IMG/VR virus record: IMGVR_UViG_3300037587_000923
Span: 18,046 to 82,045 of that record
DNA length: 64,000 bases
Source of the DNA: a virus
Direction: 5' to 3' (one strand)
A model generated the notes under the pieces. It was not told the DNA's origin. It saw only the letters and a program-made list of their open reading frames with translations, and made no database searches. Shown piece after piece: positions 48,630-58,061 of the stretch. The stretch's first letter is position 1. Each line of letters opens with the position of its first letter. The position numbers were made by a program, and so were the translations under genes.

Positions 48630-50996
48630 ATGGACTTTCTTAATCACATAAAAGAAGTTGAGTGGATAAGCGCCTCCCAATATGCCAAAAAGTATGAGCT
48701 GGACAAACCCAAACTCACCTATTGGCTCAAGAAGAACTTCATCCATCACCAAAAGAAGGAGATATCCCCCGGCCGGCATGGCTATTTAATCCCAGATATC
48801 AAGCCGCAAGACCATCCCAACTTTTCAAAGAAGGGGCCTGACCCCAGGAAGAACAAAGGGGCACGCAAGCCCTACACCAGGAAAGCCAAGTCCAAGCCCT
48901 CCAAGGAAAGAGACTTCGTTCTTGAGAACAGGAAGAAGATCCTCGAGCCATTTCTGGATAAGTTCCTGGAGAAGGCCGACCCTGGGCAGATGTTCTTCTC
49001 AAGCAAAGAGCTGCAAAAGATTATCGACGTACCTAACTCAGCCCTCTTCTCTAGGTGGAAAGAGTGGGGTCTTCGAAGATATAATGCACCGGCCAAGATG
49101 CAGAGTGGTCCCAACAAAAAAGGGATATCGTATTGCTATGCCAGGATGGAATTGGTTAGGTTTCTCTCTGGTAAGCCTATAGATCCCAAAGAGCATAAAA
49201 GCATCGACATGAAAATGGTTGGTGGTCTGGCCGGGGCGGAGGAGGACATCCTTGACGGATGGTACCACTACGACGAAAAGAAGTGTTATCCAATGAACGG
49301 CCATGGCTTCCTGCAGTGGCTCAAAGATAAAGAGGTCAGGATACAAAGCAAGAGGGCCAAGAAGTGGGTACCGATAAAGCTTTTGGACTTTCAGGAAGAG
49401 TTTATCGTTGAGGCCCTGAAGCAAAAGCCAGACGGAGACTTCTGGTACAATCTGGTTATAGCCAGCTGGGAACGAGGTGAAGGGAAGACCATGGTGATTG
49501 CCCTTATAGCCATCTTCCGGTTCTTCAATATGTTCGGTGAGGTAATCAACCTGGCTAGTGAAAGTAAAGAGCTCGCATCGTTTATTCACTACAACCTGAT
49601 CAAAGGTATAATAAACAACACCCCCGAGCTAAGGAAGACACCTGGCCTTCTCGTTCAAGAGAAAGAGATAACGCTAAATAAAGGACCCGGGGATCCGGTA
49701 TGTATTATGAAAGCGGTACCTACTTCATCAGGGCTCCTGCCAGGCACGACATGTGCCGTATTCACAGAGCTCCATAAGTTTAAGAAAAGAGCATTCTTCA
49801 TCGACTTCTGGTCTTCCACAAGAGCCACACCAAACGCCATGACCCTCGTTGATACAACAGTGGCCCCGAAGGGCCACATAGTCCACACGTTATGGGAGAA
49901 GTATTGTAGCGGCAAGGATCCGCTCCTCTACTTCAATCACAAAGAGGATGATATCCGTAATCCCGAGACAACAGCAGACCAACTCAACAGCTTCAAAGGT
50001 ATTATGCTGAAGAATGAGTATGACCTTTACTTCCGGAATAGGTGGGAGGATGCTGCAGGAGGTCTCTTCTCAATAGAGTCCATAAAGAAAATGGGCTACG
50101 CCGGCATTAAGGTTGGTGGAAAAGATATACTTGGCGCATCGCAGGACCTCGACAAGGCGATCGAGGATCTGGACAAGCTTGACCAGGAGAGGTCCACACT
50201 ACTTAGGGGCGGCATTTCCGCTGGCCCCATCACTGAGGCGATAAAGCAATTAGAGGATAGCCTTATCAAGATGGATGACCTCTACAGCCTTCCGGCAACA
50301 GCGGAAGACTTCGACATGCTACAGAAAATGTTTGGGGTGAGTTTCATGGTTGGTGTTGGCTTGGATAGGTCTAAGATGGTCGGCGCCACCCCCGACAATA
50401 CTGTCTTCTCATGTGTAGCCAGAGGTATGGTAGATGAGAATGTGAGCTATTACTTCCTGCTCGATATGTTCGTAACTACCAAGCCGACCTCTATGTTCCT
50501 GCAAGATAAGATGGTAGAGTGGGAAGGTAAGTATGGCTGGATAGATAAGGTCGCTGCAGAGGAATATCAGTCACATGATTTCCATATGTGGTGTGAAGAC
50601 AACGGGTATGAGTCTGAATTTATATCCGCCACATTCAAGAAGCAGGAAGAATTATTTACTTTGATGTGGAGCGTTGTCGATGCCGGCTTTTTGAAGAGCC
50701 CCTCTGTCCCATACTACAGGGATGCCGAGGGCGAGATAAGGCAAGGCTATACCAACAAGGATGATATCTTCAGGGAAGAGCTGGGCGCCTTTGTTCACGA
50801 CCCCAACAAGAAATTCTTCGGCGCCTTGGAGAAGAGAAAGAAGGCCGCCCCAAAAGATGATACGGTATACTCGAGTGGTTGGGGAATTTACGCATGTCAA
50901 GGCGAGAGCCTTGCTGACATTGGCGCCAGGTCAGGTAACACCGGATGTATACAACTTATTGGCAACGACGACACCATTGGAAACTACGATGACTGA
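48630..50996 (+). CDS. Terminase large subunit with long N-terminal HTH-like extension
   Basis: L.DFQ..FI; RGEGKT Walker A; AVFTELH Walker B variant; GLD; DD.V nuclease motifs. Confidence 0.8.
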   Translation: MDFLNHIKEVEWISASQYAKKYELDKPKLTYWLKKNFIHHQKKEISPGRHGYLIPDIKPQDHPNFSKKGPDPRKNKGARKPYTRKAKSKPSKERDFVLENRKKILEPFLDKFLEKADPGQMFFSSKELQKIIDVPNSALFSRWKEWGLRRYNAPAKMQSGPNKKGISYCYARMELVRFLSGKPIDPKEHKSIDMKMVGGLAGAEEDILDGWYHYDEKKCYPMNGHGFLQWLKDKEVRIQSKRAKKWVPIKLLDFQEEFIVEALKQKPDGDFWYNLVIASWERGEGKTMVIALIAIFRFFNMFGEVINLASESKELASFIHYNLIKGIINNTPELRKTPGLLVQEKEITLNKGPGDPVCIMKAVPTSSGLLPGTTCAVFTELHKFKKRAFFIDFWSSTRATPNAMTLVDTTVAPKGHIVHTLWEKYCSGKDPLLYFNHKEDDIRNPETTADQLNSFKGIMLKNEYDLYFRNRWEDAAGGLFSIESIKKMGYAGIKVGGKDILGASQDLDKAIEDLDKLDQERSTLLRGGISAGPITEAIKQLEDSLIKMDDLYSLPATAEDFDMLQKMFGVSFMVGVGLDRSKMVGATPDNTVFSCVARGMVDENVSYYFLLDMFVTTKPTSMFLQDKMVEWEGKYGWIDKVAAEEYQSHDFHMWCEDNGYESEFISATFKKQEELFTLMWSVVDAGFLKSPSVPYYRDAEGEIRQGYTNKDDIFREELGAFVHDPNKKFFGALEKRKKAAPKDDTVYSSGWGIYACQGESLADIGARSGNTGCIQLIGNDDTIGNYDD

Positions 50997-51036
50997 GCGG
51001 GCTAACATAACAGCTTGAGATAAGAGGAGGACGGCA

Positions 51037-51294
51037 ATGAAAGGGACAGTAATGGTGGATGGTGAGGAGTATGAAATAGTACCGTTAAGTGGGGAAACCC
51101 TCAAGGAGCATTTCGGAAAGTTGCTCGATTTGCCGAGAAGTAATCATTGCGTAGATTTAAGGGAGCCAGTGGTTATCGCGGTTAAAAGAAGTGATGGTGC
51201 TACTGAATATTTACATTGCAGCAGTATCGGGGGAGGATGTAGAAGACATGATGGCAAGGGCAATTACTCATTTATTGTTGGAAAAAGAAGATAA
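51037..51294 (+). CDS. Hypothetical protein
   Basis: RBS GAGGAGG after a TAAC half-site. Confidence 0.55.
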   Translation: MKGTVMVDGEEYEIVPLSGETLKEHFGKLLDLPRSNHCVDLREPVVIAVKRSDGATEYLHCSSIGGGCRRHDGKGNYSFIVGKRR

Positions 51295-51438
51295 AACATT
51301 TTTTGTGCCGTGCAATAGACAAGGGCATATATTCCATGAGCATCAAAAGCAATTTGAAAAGATACCTGAATACCACAGGTGCAAAGTATGTGAAAGACAC
51401 CTGAATAAAATTAAAGACCGTTTGTTATAGAGAAGCAA

Positions 51439-51500
51439 ACATAATGATTAAGCTAAACCGCCGCGCCATTTGCGGTCGGATTTTCAGCGCCTTGTTATGG
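51439..51500 (-). repeat. attC-like site C1 (core AAC mutated to AAT)
   Basis: GCTAAACCGCCGC / GCGGTCGGATTTTCAGC..GTTA. Confidence 0.7.
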
Positions 51501-51528
51501 CGCACTTACCCTAAAGAGAAAGGAAAAA

Positions 51529-51893
51529 GTGATGGAAAAAATAGAAGTAAGTTTAGAACCTTTAGTCAGATTGCTTGGAGCAGTGAGTGGGCCACCACAT
51601 TTAATTAGAGAACTTCAGGCGACAAGAGGCCCGTTGGTTGGCGATGACAATCCGATAAATATTTTGATAGATGAATATAACAAAGTGATTAAAAAGAAAG
51701 GAGGTGATGTAAATTGAGTTATTCATTGAATCACCCTTGTGGGGATTGCACCAAGGCGGATAAGTGTAATGATCGACACTTTATCCAAGGTGGAATCAAC
51801 GGGATACATGACGTATACCCGTCTGAAAAAGGGCATCTCGGTAGTGGCACCGTAACTATTGAATGTTCGCAGCATGAAACAAAAGAAAAGTAG
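51529..51893 (+). CDS. Two-gene cassette cargo (51529-51717 and 51714-51893)
   Basis: GTTATGGCGCA / TGCGCCATAAC 11-bp perfect brackets. Confidence 0.6.
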
Positions 51894-51924
51894 TAATTTG
51901 GCGCGGCCTTGTAATGAGGCTGCG

Positions 51925-52048
51925 CCATAACGCTATTATCAGCGGCCGCATTTAGAAAGGAAACTTATGGACAAGAAAACGACACCAGAAAGCAACACAG
52001 ATCAATTAAGCACCGTGGTTAGCGGTCGGTTGCATAAATTGGTTATGA
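51925..52048 (-). repeat. attC-like site C2 (loop contains a gene start)
   Basis: TATCAGCGGCCGC versus minus-strand TAT[G]CAACCG[A]CCGC. Confidence 0.75.
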
Positions 52049-52263
52049 GACCAGGCCCCGGATGGCATCACTTAGGCGGCGCAGTATGGCAACATGATAA
52101 TGGATCTAAAATACATGTTGGTGGCTTGATGGTATACCCCCATAACGGGGAAATAATAAGGCACTGGGAGCAGCTTGAAATAGTGAATAAGCTTATCAAA
52201 ATTAACGGTGGGAATAGAAAGCGTGGATTAATGGCATGGGCCATGAACTTAGCGGTGTCATAA
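51967..52263 (+). CDS. Cassette gene starting in the attC loop
   Basis: Reads through the arm (SGRLHKLVM); GTTATGAGACC / GGTGTCATAAC brackets. Confidence 0.65.
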   Translation: MDKKTTPESNTDQLSTVVSGRLHKLVMRPGPGWHHLGGAVWQHDNGSKIHVGGLMVYPHNGEIIRHWEQLEIVNKLIKINGGNRKRGLMAWAMNLAVS

Positions 52264-52306
52264 CACTTAGCTCTCCGAAGGAGGAGCGTTGAGGTTATGT
52301 TGCTCA
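52260..52306 (-). repeat. Mini-attC repeat copy 1
   Basis: 47 bp identical to 55751-55797. Confidence 0.85.
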
Positions 52307-52464
52307 CGGAATTAACAGAGAGGAAGCATGGAAGACGAGATAGAGGACGGGGTAACAATAAAGACCAACGTGCCAGTCAAGGAGTTTCTTGTCGATGCTT
52401 TAATAAATTTGGGTATGCTCTTGCTGGGAATAGTACTAAGTAAAATATTTTAAGGAGGTTGTGA

Positions 52465-52764
52465 GTGACTGAATTTGATTTCGATATAAATGAGGAGTTG
52501 GAGGAGATCAAGGTAAGCTCCCTCCTTCGTAGCGTTACAGAGAAAGGCAGGGCCCTTCTCTTGAAGAGATTACTGGGGCCCCTTCTGACGCCTGGCATAT
52601 TAACTCCCAAGGAAGCGGCATTCTTCTTCCTAAACGCCGCGCTTGATAAAAGCCCCAAGATGATAGCTAAGAGCTTTAAGTGTGACCTGTCCGGGGTCTA
52701 CTCTATCCTCAGCAAGGCCGAGAATAAGATAAGGGAACATAGGAAAAACAATGAACGGATATAG
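52465..52764 (+). CDS. Sigma region-4/LuxR-like HTH protein
   Basis: LTPKE...IA........V...L.KA..KIR. Confidence 0.6.
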   Translation: MTEFDFDINEELEEIKVSSLLRSVTEKGRALLLKRLLGPLLTPGILTPKEAAFFFLNAALDKSPKMIAKSFKCDLSGVYSILSKAENKIREHRKNNERI

Positions 52765-53383
52765 AGCAAGGATCGATATGATCGGAAAGATATTCGGGGC
52801 ATTAACAGTGATAGGGTTCAGCTATAAAGATAAATTCAATAAAGCTCGCTGGAACTGCCGGTATGAATGTGGTTCCGGGAAAATTGCTGAAGGCTCAAAA
52901 TTACGCAAAGGTGAAATAAAGTCTTGTGGTTGTCTTACGGTAAAATTAATAAGCAAAGGCTTGACCACTCATGGCATGTCAAAAAGCAAAATATATAAAA
53001 TTTGGTCAAGCATGAAAAATAGATGCAATAACCAAAGAGATCCAGCTTATGTTTGGTATGGAGGTAGAGGCATAAAGATCTGTGCCCGCTGGATGAAGTT
53101 TGAGAACTTCCTTATTGATATGGGAGAGCGCCCAGATGGCATGTCTATAGAACGCAAAGACAACAATGGCAACTACGAGCCTGAAAATTGCAAGTGGGCG
53201 ACAAGAGAAGAGCAGGGAAGAAACACAAGCCGTAATGTTTTTATCACATTCAATGGCGAAACACTCCACACATCAGAGTTTGCTAGGAAAGCAGGGATGA
53301 GCCCAGCCTGCTCGCACAGTAGATTAAGGTATGGTTGGCCCATAGAAAGGGCTCTCAATGAGCCGGTAAGAAAACGGCAATAA
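52751..53383 (+). CDS. HNH homing endonuclease
   Basis: KSCGC; W..MK.RC; YGGRGI; SIERKDNNGNYEPENC.WAT..EQ.RN. Confidence 0.85.
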   Translation: MNGYRARIDMIGKIFGALTVIGFSYKDKFNKARWNCRYECGSGKIAEGSKLRKGEIKSCGCLTVKLISKGLTTHGMSKSKIYKIWSSMKNRCNNQRDPAYVWYGGRGIKICARWMKFENFLIDMGERPDGMSIERKDNNGNYEPENCKWATREEQGRNTSRNVFITFNGETLHTSEFARKAGMSPACSHSRLRYGWPIERALNEPVRKRQ

Positions 53384-53551
53384 GGAGGTAAAGTTGAACG
53401 GGAAGAAATCGAAGAAAATTAATGATCTAGCAAGGAGCCTACTCGCGGAGGTAGCTGCCAAGGATATATCAGAAGAAGAGAGGACCCTTGTGTTGAGTGA
53501 GATACGAAAGAAACTAAAGCGAGACTATAAGGCTGGGAGATTGGTGTTTAA

Positions 53552-53830
53552 ATGAAAGACATTGTAATAATAGAGGGCCTCAGGAAAGAAACCTTTCTCT
53601 ACAAAGACGCTATCTCTGAAGCGATAAAGAAGTTGGGGGAGAGTCACCCGGTCGCATCTAAACTTGGAAGGGTTCTCAAGCTGGCCAAGTATCAGCCTAT
53701 TCCTTGTAAGAGATGCGGGCGCACCCTAAGGAACCCCAAGGCCATACAGAGAGGCATGGGTCCCAGGTGCTACGAGATACATATTGAAGAGTCTCAGAGT
53801 GATATATCTTTCAAGAAGGAGACCGTATGA
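53552..53830 (+). CDS. DUF6011-like zinc-finger protein
   Basis: CKRCGR.L.NP..I.RG.GP.C. Confidence 0.7.
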   Translation: MKDIVIIEGLRKETFLYKDAISEAIKKLGESHPVASKLGRVLKLAKYQPIPCKRCGRTLRNPKAIQRGMGPRCYEIHIEESQSDISFKKETV

Positions 53831-54096
53831 GTAAGCGCGAAAAGAGACTTGGACTCCTCTATGAGGATGATATCAAGTATTCGAAAAGTGAAATCGCCGA
53901 GATGTGGTTTCACTACAGGGTGGCCAAGCAGTATGCCTGCATGGGAGACGTGTGTGAACGCATAGCTTCCTTTGCTTTAACCGAGCAGGAATTCACCCAG
54001 ATGGATTATAAAGAGAGCGTGCCCTCAAACAGGTCTCCTTACTGGATAGAGACCATTGAAGTGCCAAGGGGCTTCGCAGAGAGGGAGATTTATTGA
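53827..54096 (+). CDS. Hypothetical protein
   Basis: Coupled ORF. Confidence 0.5.
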   Translation: MSKREKRLGLLYEDDIKYSKSEIAEMWFHYRVAKQYACMGDVCERIASFALTEQEFTQMDYKESVPSNRSPYWIETIEVPRGFAEREIY

Positions 54097-54407
54097 TGAT
54101 AGGTTTTCCTAAAGAGAAGACGTTTAGGTCAGAGGAGTATAAGGATTATATCCGGTCGCTCCCTTGTTGTAATCCTAATTGCCCCAATCATGGCCGCTTA
54201 CCTAGCGAGGCTCATCATACTGAAAAATCCGGGACTGGCTGTAAAGGATCTGACCTTAGCTGTATTCCTCTCTGTTGTCATTGCCATGTGCCTGGCGTTC
54301 ACACCATGGGTCACATCACGTTTCAGCAGCGCAACAATGTGGACTTCAACAAAGTGCAAATCAAGTGTTTGTCTGGCTTTATAGAGAAGGAGTTGATTAA
54401 TGATTAA
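54093..54407 (+). CDS. DUF968/HNH-like nuclease
   Basis: R.E.Y..YIR.LPC...EAHH...G...K.SD...IPLC..CH. Confidence 0.75.
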   Translation: MMIGFPKEKTFRSEEYKDYIRSLPCCNPNCPNHGRLPSEAHHTEKSGTGCKGSDLSCIPLCCHCHVPGVHTMGHITFQQRNNVDFNKVQIKCLSGFIEKELIND

Positions 54408-54765
54408 GGATGTAACCCCGGTAGTATTCTTAGTTGATAATAAAAAACACGCCATAACCCTTAATTCGTTTGAGCTTGTATATAAGAACTCTCCCATGGA
54501 GCGCACCGAGATAACGGGAGAGATATCGTTTATGGCCGTAGACCACCAACAGAAAATACTAATATCCAAGCCCATGCTAGTTATTCACCTAGGGACCTCA
54601 GTGCTAACGGCTGTCATTAAGGAATACGCTATTCTCCACAACAGCTTGATGAATTCTGGTATGACATCAGCTGCCACCTCATCAGAGTGTAGAGTAGAGT
54701 ATGAAGTTATAGACGAAGAAGAAAGAGACCCTTTCATCGCAGCAGTGGAGGAGGCCGTCTCGTGA
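54400..54765 (+). CDS. Hypothetical protein (C-terminal FIAAVEEAVS)
   Basis: Coupled ORF. Confidence 0.55.
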   Translation: MIKDVTPVVFLVDNKKHAITLNSFELVYKNSPMERTEITGEISFMAVDHQQKILISKPMLVIHLGTSVLTAVIKEYAILHNSLMNSGMTSAATSSECRVEYEVIDEEERDPFIAAVEEAVS

Positions 54766-55052
54766 CATTGGAGCTTTTTAAAATACCAGAGCATGTCAAG
54801 GCTCGGCAAGCCAACCCCAACCCTATGGTGAGGAAGGGCGGAATCCTCAAAGGATATAAGTGTGGTAAATGTGAGCATCTCCTAGTCACCGAAAGCCCGG
54901 CAGGTAAGAGATTTTTCAAGTGTCGCCATAGGGGCGTTACTAGCGGAGCAGCGACAGACCACAGAAAGGGATGGGATGCCTGTGTATTGTATTCCGAGGA
55001 AGGCGAACTCCCTTTCGTCACAGAAGTCAGGAGGGCCAGTGCCAGCCACTAA
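54762..55052 (+). CDS. Zn-finger phage protein
   Basis: CGKC.H...KC......ATDHR..W.AC. Confidence 0.65.
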   Translation: MTLELFKIPEHVKARQANPNPMVRKGGILKGYKCGKCEHLLVTESPAGKRFFKCRHRGVTSGAATDHRKGWDACVLYSEEGELPFVTEVRRASASH

Positions 55053-55293
55053 ATCTAATTACGGCAAGAAGGTCGAAAGTCTCGATGACCTCCATAAGCT
55101 AGTCCAGGCGAGGAGGGCCGTGATCTGTCCCGGGAACAACGGCGCCATAGTACCAAATACAAACGTGGCAGCAGCGTGGGTCTTTAACTTAAACGGAGGC
55201 TCGTTATATAGAGTATTTAAAGCCGGCCTCTATACCTACGAGAAGGTCGATAAGTTTATAAAGGCAGTCGAGGAGGCTGTTGAGTCAACATAA
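54976..55293 (+). CDS. Hypothetical protein (C-terminal FIKAVEEAVEST); stop codon forms the cluster D entry site
   Basis: ORF track; true start probably the downstream GTG. Confidence 0.55.
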   Translation: MPVYCIPRKANSLSSQKSGGPVPATKSNYGKKVESLDDLHKLVQARRAVICPGNNGAIVPNTNVAAAWVFNLNGGSLYRVFKAGLYTYEKVDKFIKAVEEAVEST

Positions 55294-55498
55294 CATGGGA
55301 ATTCAGGGGCTTTTGCCGACAGGAGGAGATGGAAAGATGGATAAGTGTGAAAATAAAAAATGCCCAGACAATGATGACTGGTGCAGTAAAGGATGCAGAA
55401 GTATAAGCATGAGCATGTCGATAGGCCATTGCCCAGATTACCTTACAACTAAAAAAGATCCATCGGCAGAAAGTCCAGCCTGCAATGTGGGGTTATAA
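55288..55498 (-). repeat. attC-like site D1 (loop encodes a 53-aa Cys-rich ORF, 55337-55498)
   Basis: ATTCAGGGGCTTTTGCCGA / TCGGCAGAAAGTCCAGCCTGCAAT. Confidence 0.75.
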
Positions 55499-55501
55499 AT
55501 T

Positions 55502-55747
55502 ATGTGTGATTGGAATAACACGGTAGTTTTGGAAACTGCAAGCGGAAAGAAAGTGGACGTTGATGGCTGTATAGCACCCCTTGTAAGCGCCTTAAATGCC
55601 GCTGGCATAGAAACGATAGCTTGCTGCTGTGGACACGGAAAACGCCCCGGCAATATAGCATTAAAAGACAAGAGAGAATTAATTATTGCACCAGACTACA
55701 AAACAGGGAGAGAAATTGACAGGGCGTTTCCCCCTATAAACGATTAA
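55502..55747 (+). CDS. Cassette gene, conserved-looking hypothetical
   Basis: VD.CIAPLV.ALN.AGI.T.ACCCGHG; GTTATAAATTA / TAATTTATAAC brackets. Confidence 0.7.
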   Translation: MCDWNNTVVLETASGKKVDVDGCIAPLVSALNAAGIETIACCCGHGKRPGNIALKDKRELIIAPDYKTGREIDRAFPPIND

Positions 55748-55750
55748 TTT

Positions 55751-55797
55751 ATAACACTTAGCTCTCCGAAGGAGGAGCGTTGAGGTTATGTTGCTCA
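55751..55797 (-). repeat. Mini-attC repeat copy 2
   Basis: Identical to 52260-52306; partial third copy at 56111-56129. Confidence 0.85.
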
Positions 55798-55907
55798 ACT
55801 TAAGATAGGGGCATGAGGCCCAGAGGAGGCAACCAAACTCAAACAATACCGTGTTGGCGGTCTGTTTGAACGCTTGGTTGGGCAGCATTTAATGAGAGGG
55901 GTAAGCG

Positions 55908-56078
55908 ATGAAAAGAGTAGAGTATAAGTACGACATTGACCAGAAAGTAAAAACACCATTTGGAGAGGAGGGTATTGTTTCGATGCTTGGCTTTGATGAA
56001 GCTGGCAATCAGTATCATGTGAAGACTGCCAATGACAGCCAGTGGTTCAAGGAAAAACAACTCACCGAAACAGATTGA
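55908..56078 (+). CDS. Cassette gene, 56 aa
   Basis: GTTGGGCAGC / GCCGCCCAAC brackets; preceded by a half attC (minus strand CCCAACCAAGCGTTCAAACAGACCGCC). Confidence 0.6.
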   Translation: MKRVEYKYDIDQKVKTPFGEEGIVSMLGFDEAGNQYHVKTANDSQWFKEKQLTETD

Positions 56079-56168
56079 TGCATTCTGGGCGGTGGCTAAG
56101 GCTGCCGCCCAACACTTAGCTCTTCGAAGCAATATCGCCCACAAACTTTAGCAACCAGGAGGAAGAGG

Positions 56169-56771
56169 ATGAAGAAGAAAGCAGATAACGTAACAGAGGA
56201 ACTTTGCAAGAAACACCTAGCTTGCAAGCTCAGCAACGATGAGCTGCTTGAGGTAGGCCGTGAGCTGGGCAGGAGAGAGAACGATAAGCTCGCTCTGGAC
56301 GACGAGAAGAAAAAGGCCAATGCCGAGTTCAGCTCCAGAGAGAAGAGCATCAAGGCCGACATCGGCGTTCTTATTCACAAGATCAATACCGGCGAGGAGC
56401 ACAGGGAGGTCGAGTGCAATAATGTGATCAACTGGTCTGATAGGTCGAGACAGATCATCCGTCTTGATACCAACGAAGTTGTCCGGACAGATACCGTCTC
56501 TGAGGCCGATTGCCAAACTCGTCTCGATCTCAAAGAGAAGGAGATGAAAGAGGCCAAGAACGGACCATACGGTATATGGAATGGCGAGAAGTTTGTGGTG
56601 GACGACAAGAACGAAAGGCTCGAATACACCACGGTATCAGCTGCAGCCAACTATCTGGCCATGATGAGAAAGGAAGAGGGCGTGACTCTCACTGTTGAAC
56701 CTATCTCCTCCAAGGATCTAACCGAGAAGGTCGGTGACCAGACGGAAGAGAGCGATAAAGATAAAGGGTAG
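56169..56771 (+). CDS. Hypothetical phage protein
   Basis: L...L...E; G.E.R.VEC; R.DT.E pattern. Confidence 0.6.
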   Translation: MKKKADNVTEELCKKHLACKLSNDELLEVGRELGRRENDKLALDDEKKKANAEFSSREKSIKADIGVLIHKINTGEEHREVECNNVINWSDRSRQIIRLDTNEVVRTDTVSEADCQTRLDLKEKEMKEAKNGPYGIWNGEKFVVDDKNERLEYTTVSAAANYLAMMRKEEGVTLTVEPISSKDLTEKVGDQTEESDKDKG

Positions 56772-56820
56772 AGGTCTGCAGGGATGAAGGTACTTTTACC
56801 CAAGATAACTGAGAAATTAG

Positions 56821-58061
56821 TTGACATTTATTTCTCACAAGATTAATATTGTTTTTGTGAAAACAAGATATACATTTAGGTTTTATCCTACTCAAGAGCA
56901 AGAACAATCTCTTGTCAAGACTTTCGGTTGTGTTCGTGTTGTATATAACAACGCACTTCGAGCCAGAATCGATGCTTGGCATAATGGTGAGAAAGTAAAC
57001 TATAACCAGTCTTCTGCTGCGCTTACACTTCTTAAAAAAGAAGCTGAATTTATGTGGCTCAATGAAGTGTCCTGCGTTCCTTTACAGCAAAGCCTTAGAC
57101 ATCTACAAGTAGCATTCAAAAACTTCTTTGATAAGCGGTCCAAGCATCCTACTTTTAAGTCTAAGCGATCCAGGCAGAGCGCTGAATATACTTGCTCAGC
57201 TTTTAAGTGGGATAGTGGCAATCGAAATCTCACCATTGCCAAACTTGGTAGACTTAAAGTGAAGTGGAGCAGGAGCTTCCAGAGTAACCCCACTACAGTC
57301 ACGATATCCAAGGACTGTAGTGGGAGGTACTTTGTTTCGCTTGTTCTCGATGAAGCTGTCGACCTTATACCTATGACCGGGAAGAGTATAGGTATAGATG
57401 TTGGCATAAACCGTCTTGCTACGCTTAGCAATGGCGAACGTATCCCTAACCCAAGGCATACAACGAAGTTTGCCAATAAACTTGCCAAAGAACAGAGGAG
57501 GCTTGCCAAAAAAACCAAAGGAAGCGGGAGATGGAACAAGCAGCGACTCCGTGTTGCAAAAGTTCACGCCAAAATAGCAGACTCTCGCAAAGATCATTTG
57601 AATAAAGTTACTATCGATTTGGTTAAGCGCTTTGATCTTATTTGTATCGAAGACCTGAATGTTAGAGGCATGGTAAAAAACCATCGCCTTGCCAAGCATA
57701 TCTCGGATGTTTCCTTTGGTACTTTTAGGGCAATGCTCGAGTATAAAGCCCTATGGCATGGCAAGGAAGTGGTTGCTATTGATCGTTTTTTTCCCTCCAG
57801 CAAAAGATGCTCCGCTTGCGGGTTTGTAGCATCCAAAATGCCTTTGGATGTACGTGAGTGGACATGCACAAATTGCGGTGCATGTCACGATCGTGATGAA
57901 AACGCAGCACACAATATACATGCGGTCGGGCAGACCGTCAAAGCACGCGGAGAAAACGTAAGACTTTCTTAGGCTTCGGCTTAACAAAGCAATTTTCTAT
58001 GAAACGTGAACCACTTAATAGCTAAGTATTAAGACCCCTCGACTTTCAAGGGAGGATGCCA
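56821..58061 (+). mobile_element. tnpB: IS200/IS605-family (IS1341-like) TnpB-only element
   Basis: CDS 56857-57972 with GIDVG, IEDL, DRDENAA and Zn finger; right-end hairpin CCCTC..GGGAGGATGCCAA; promoter TTGACA-17-TAATAT. Confidence 0.9.
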
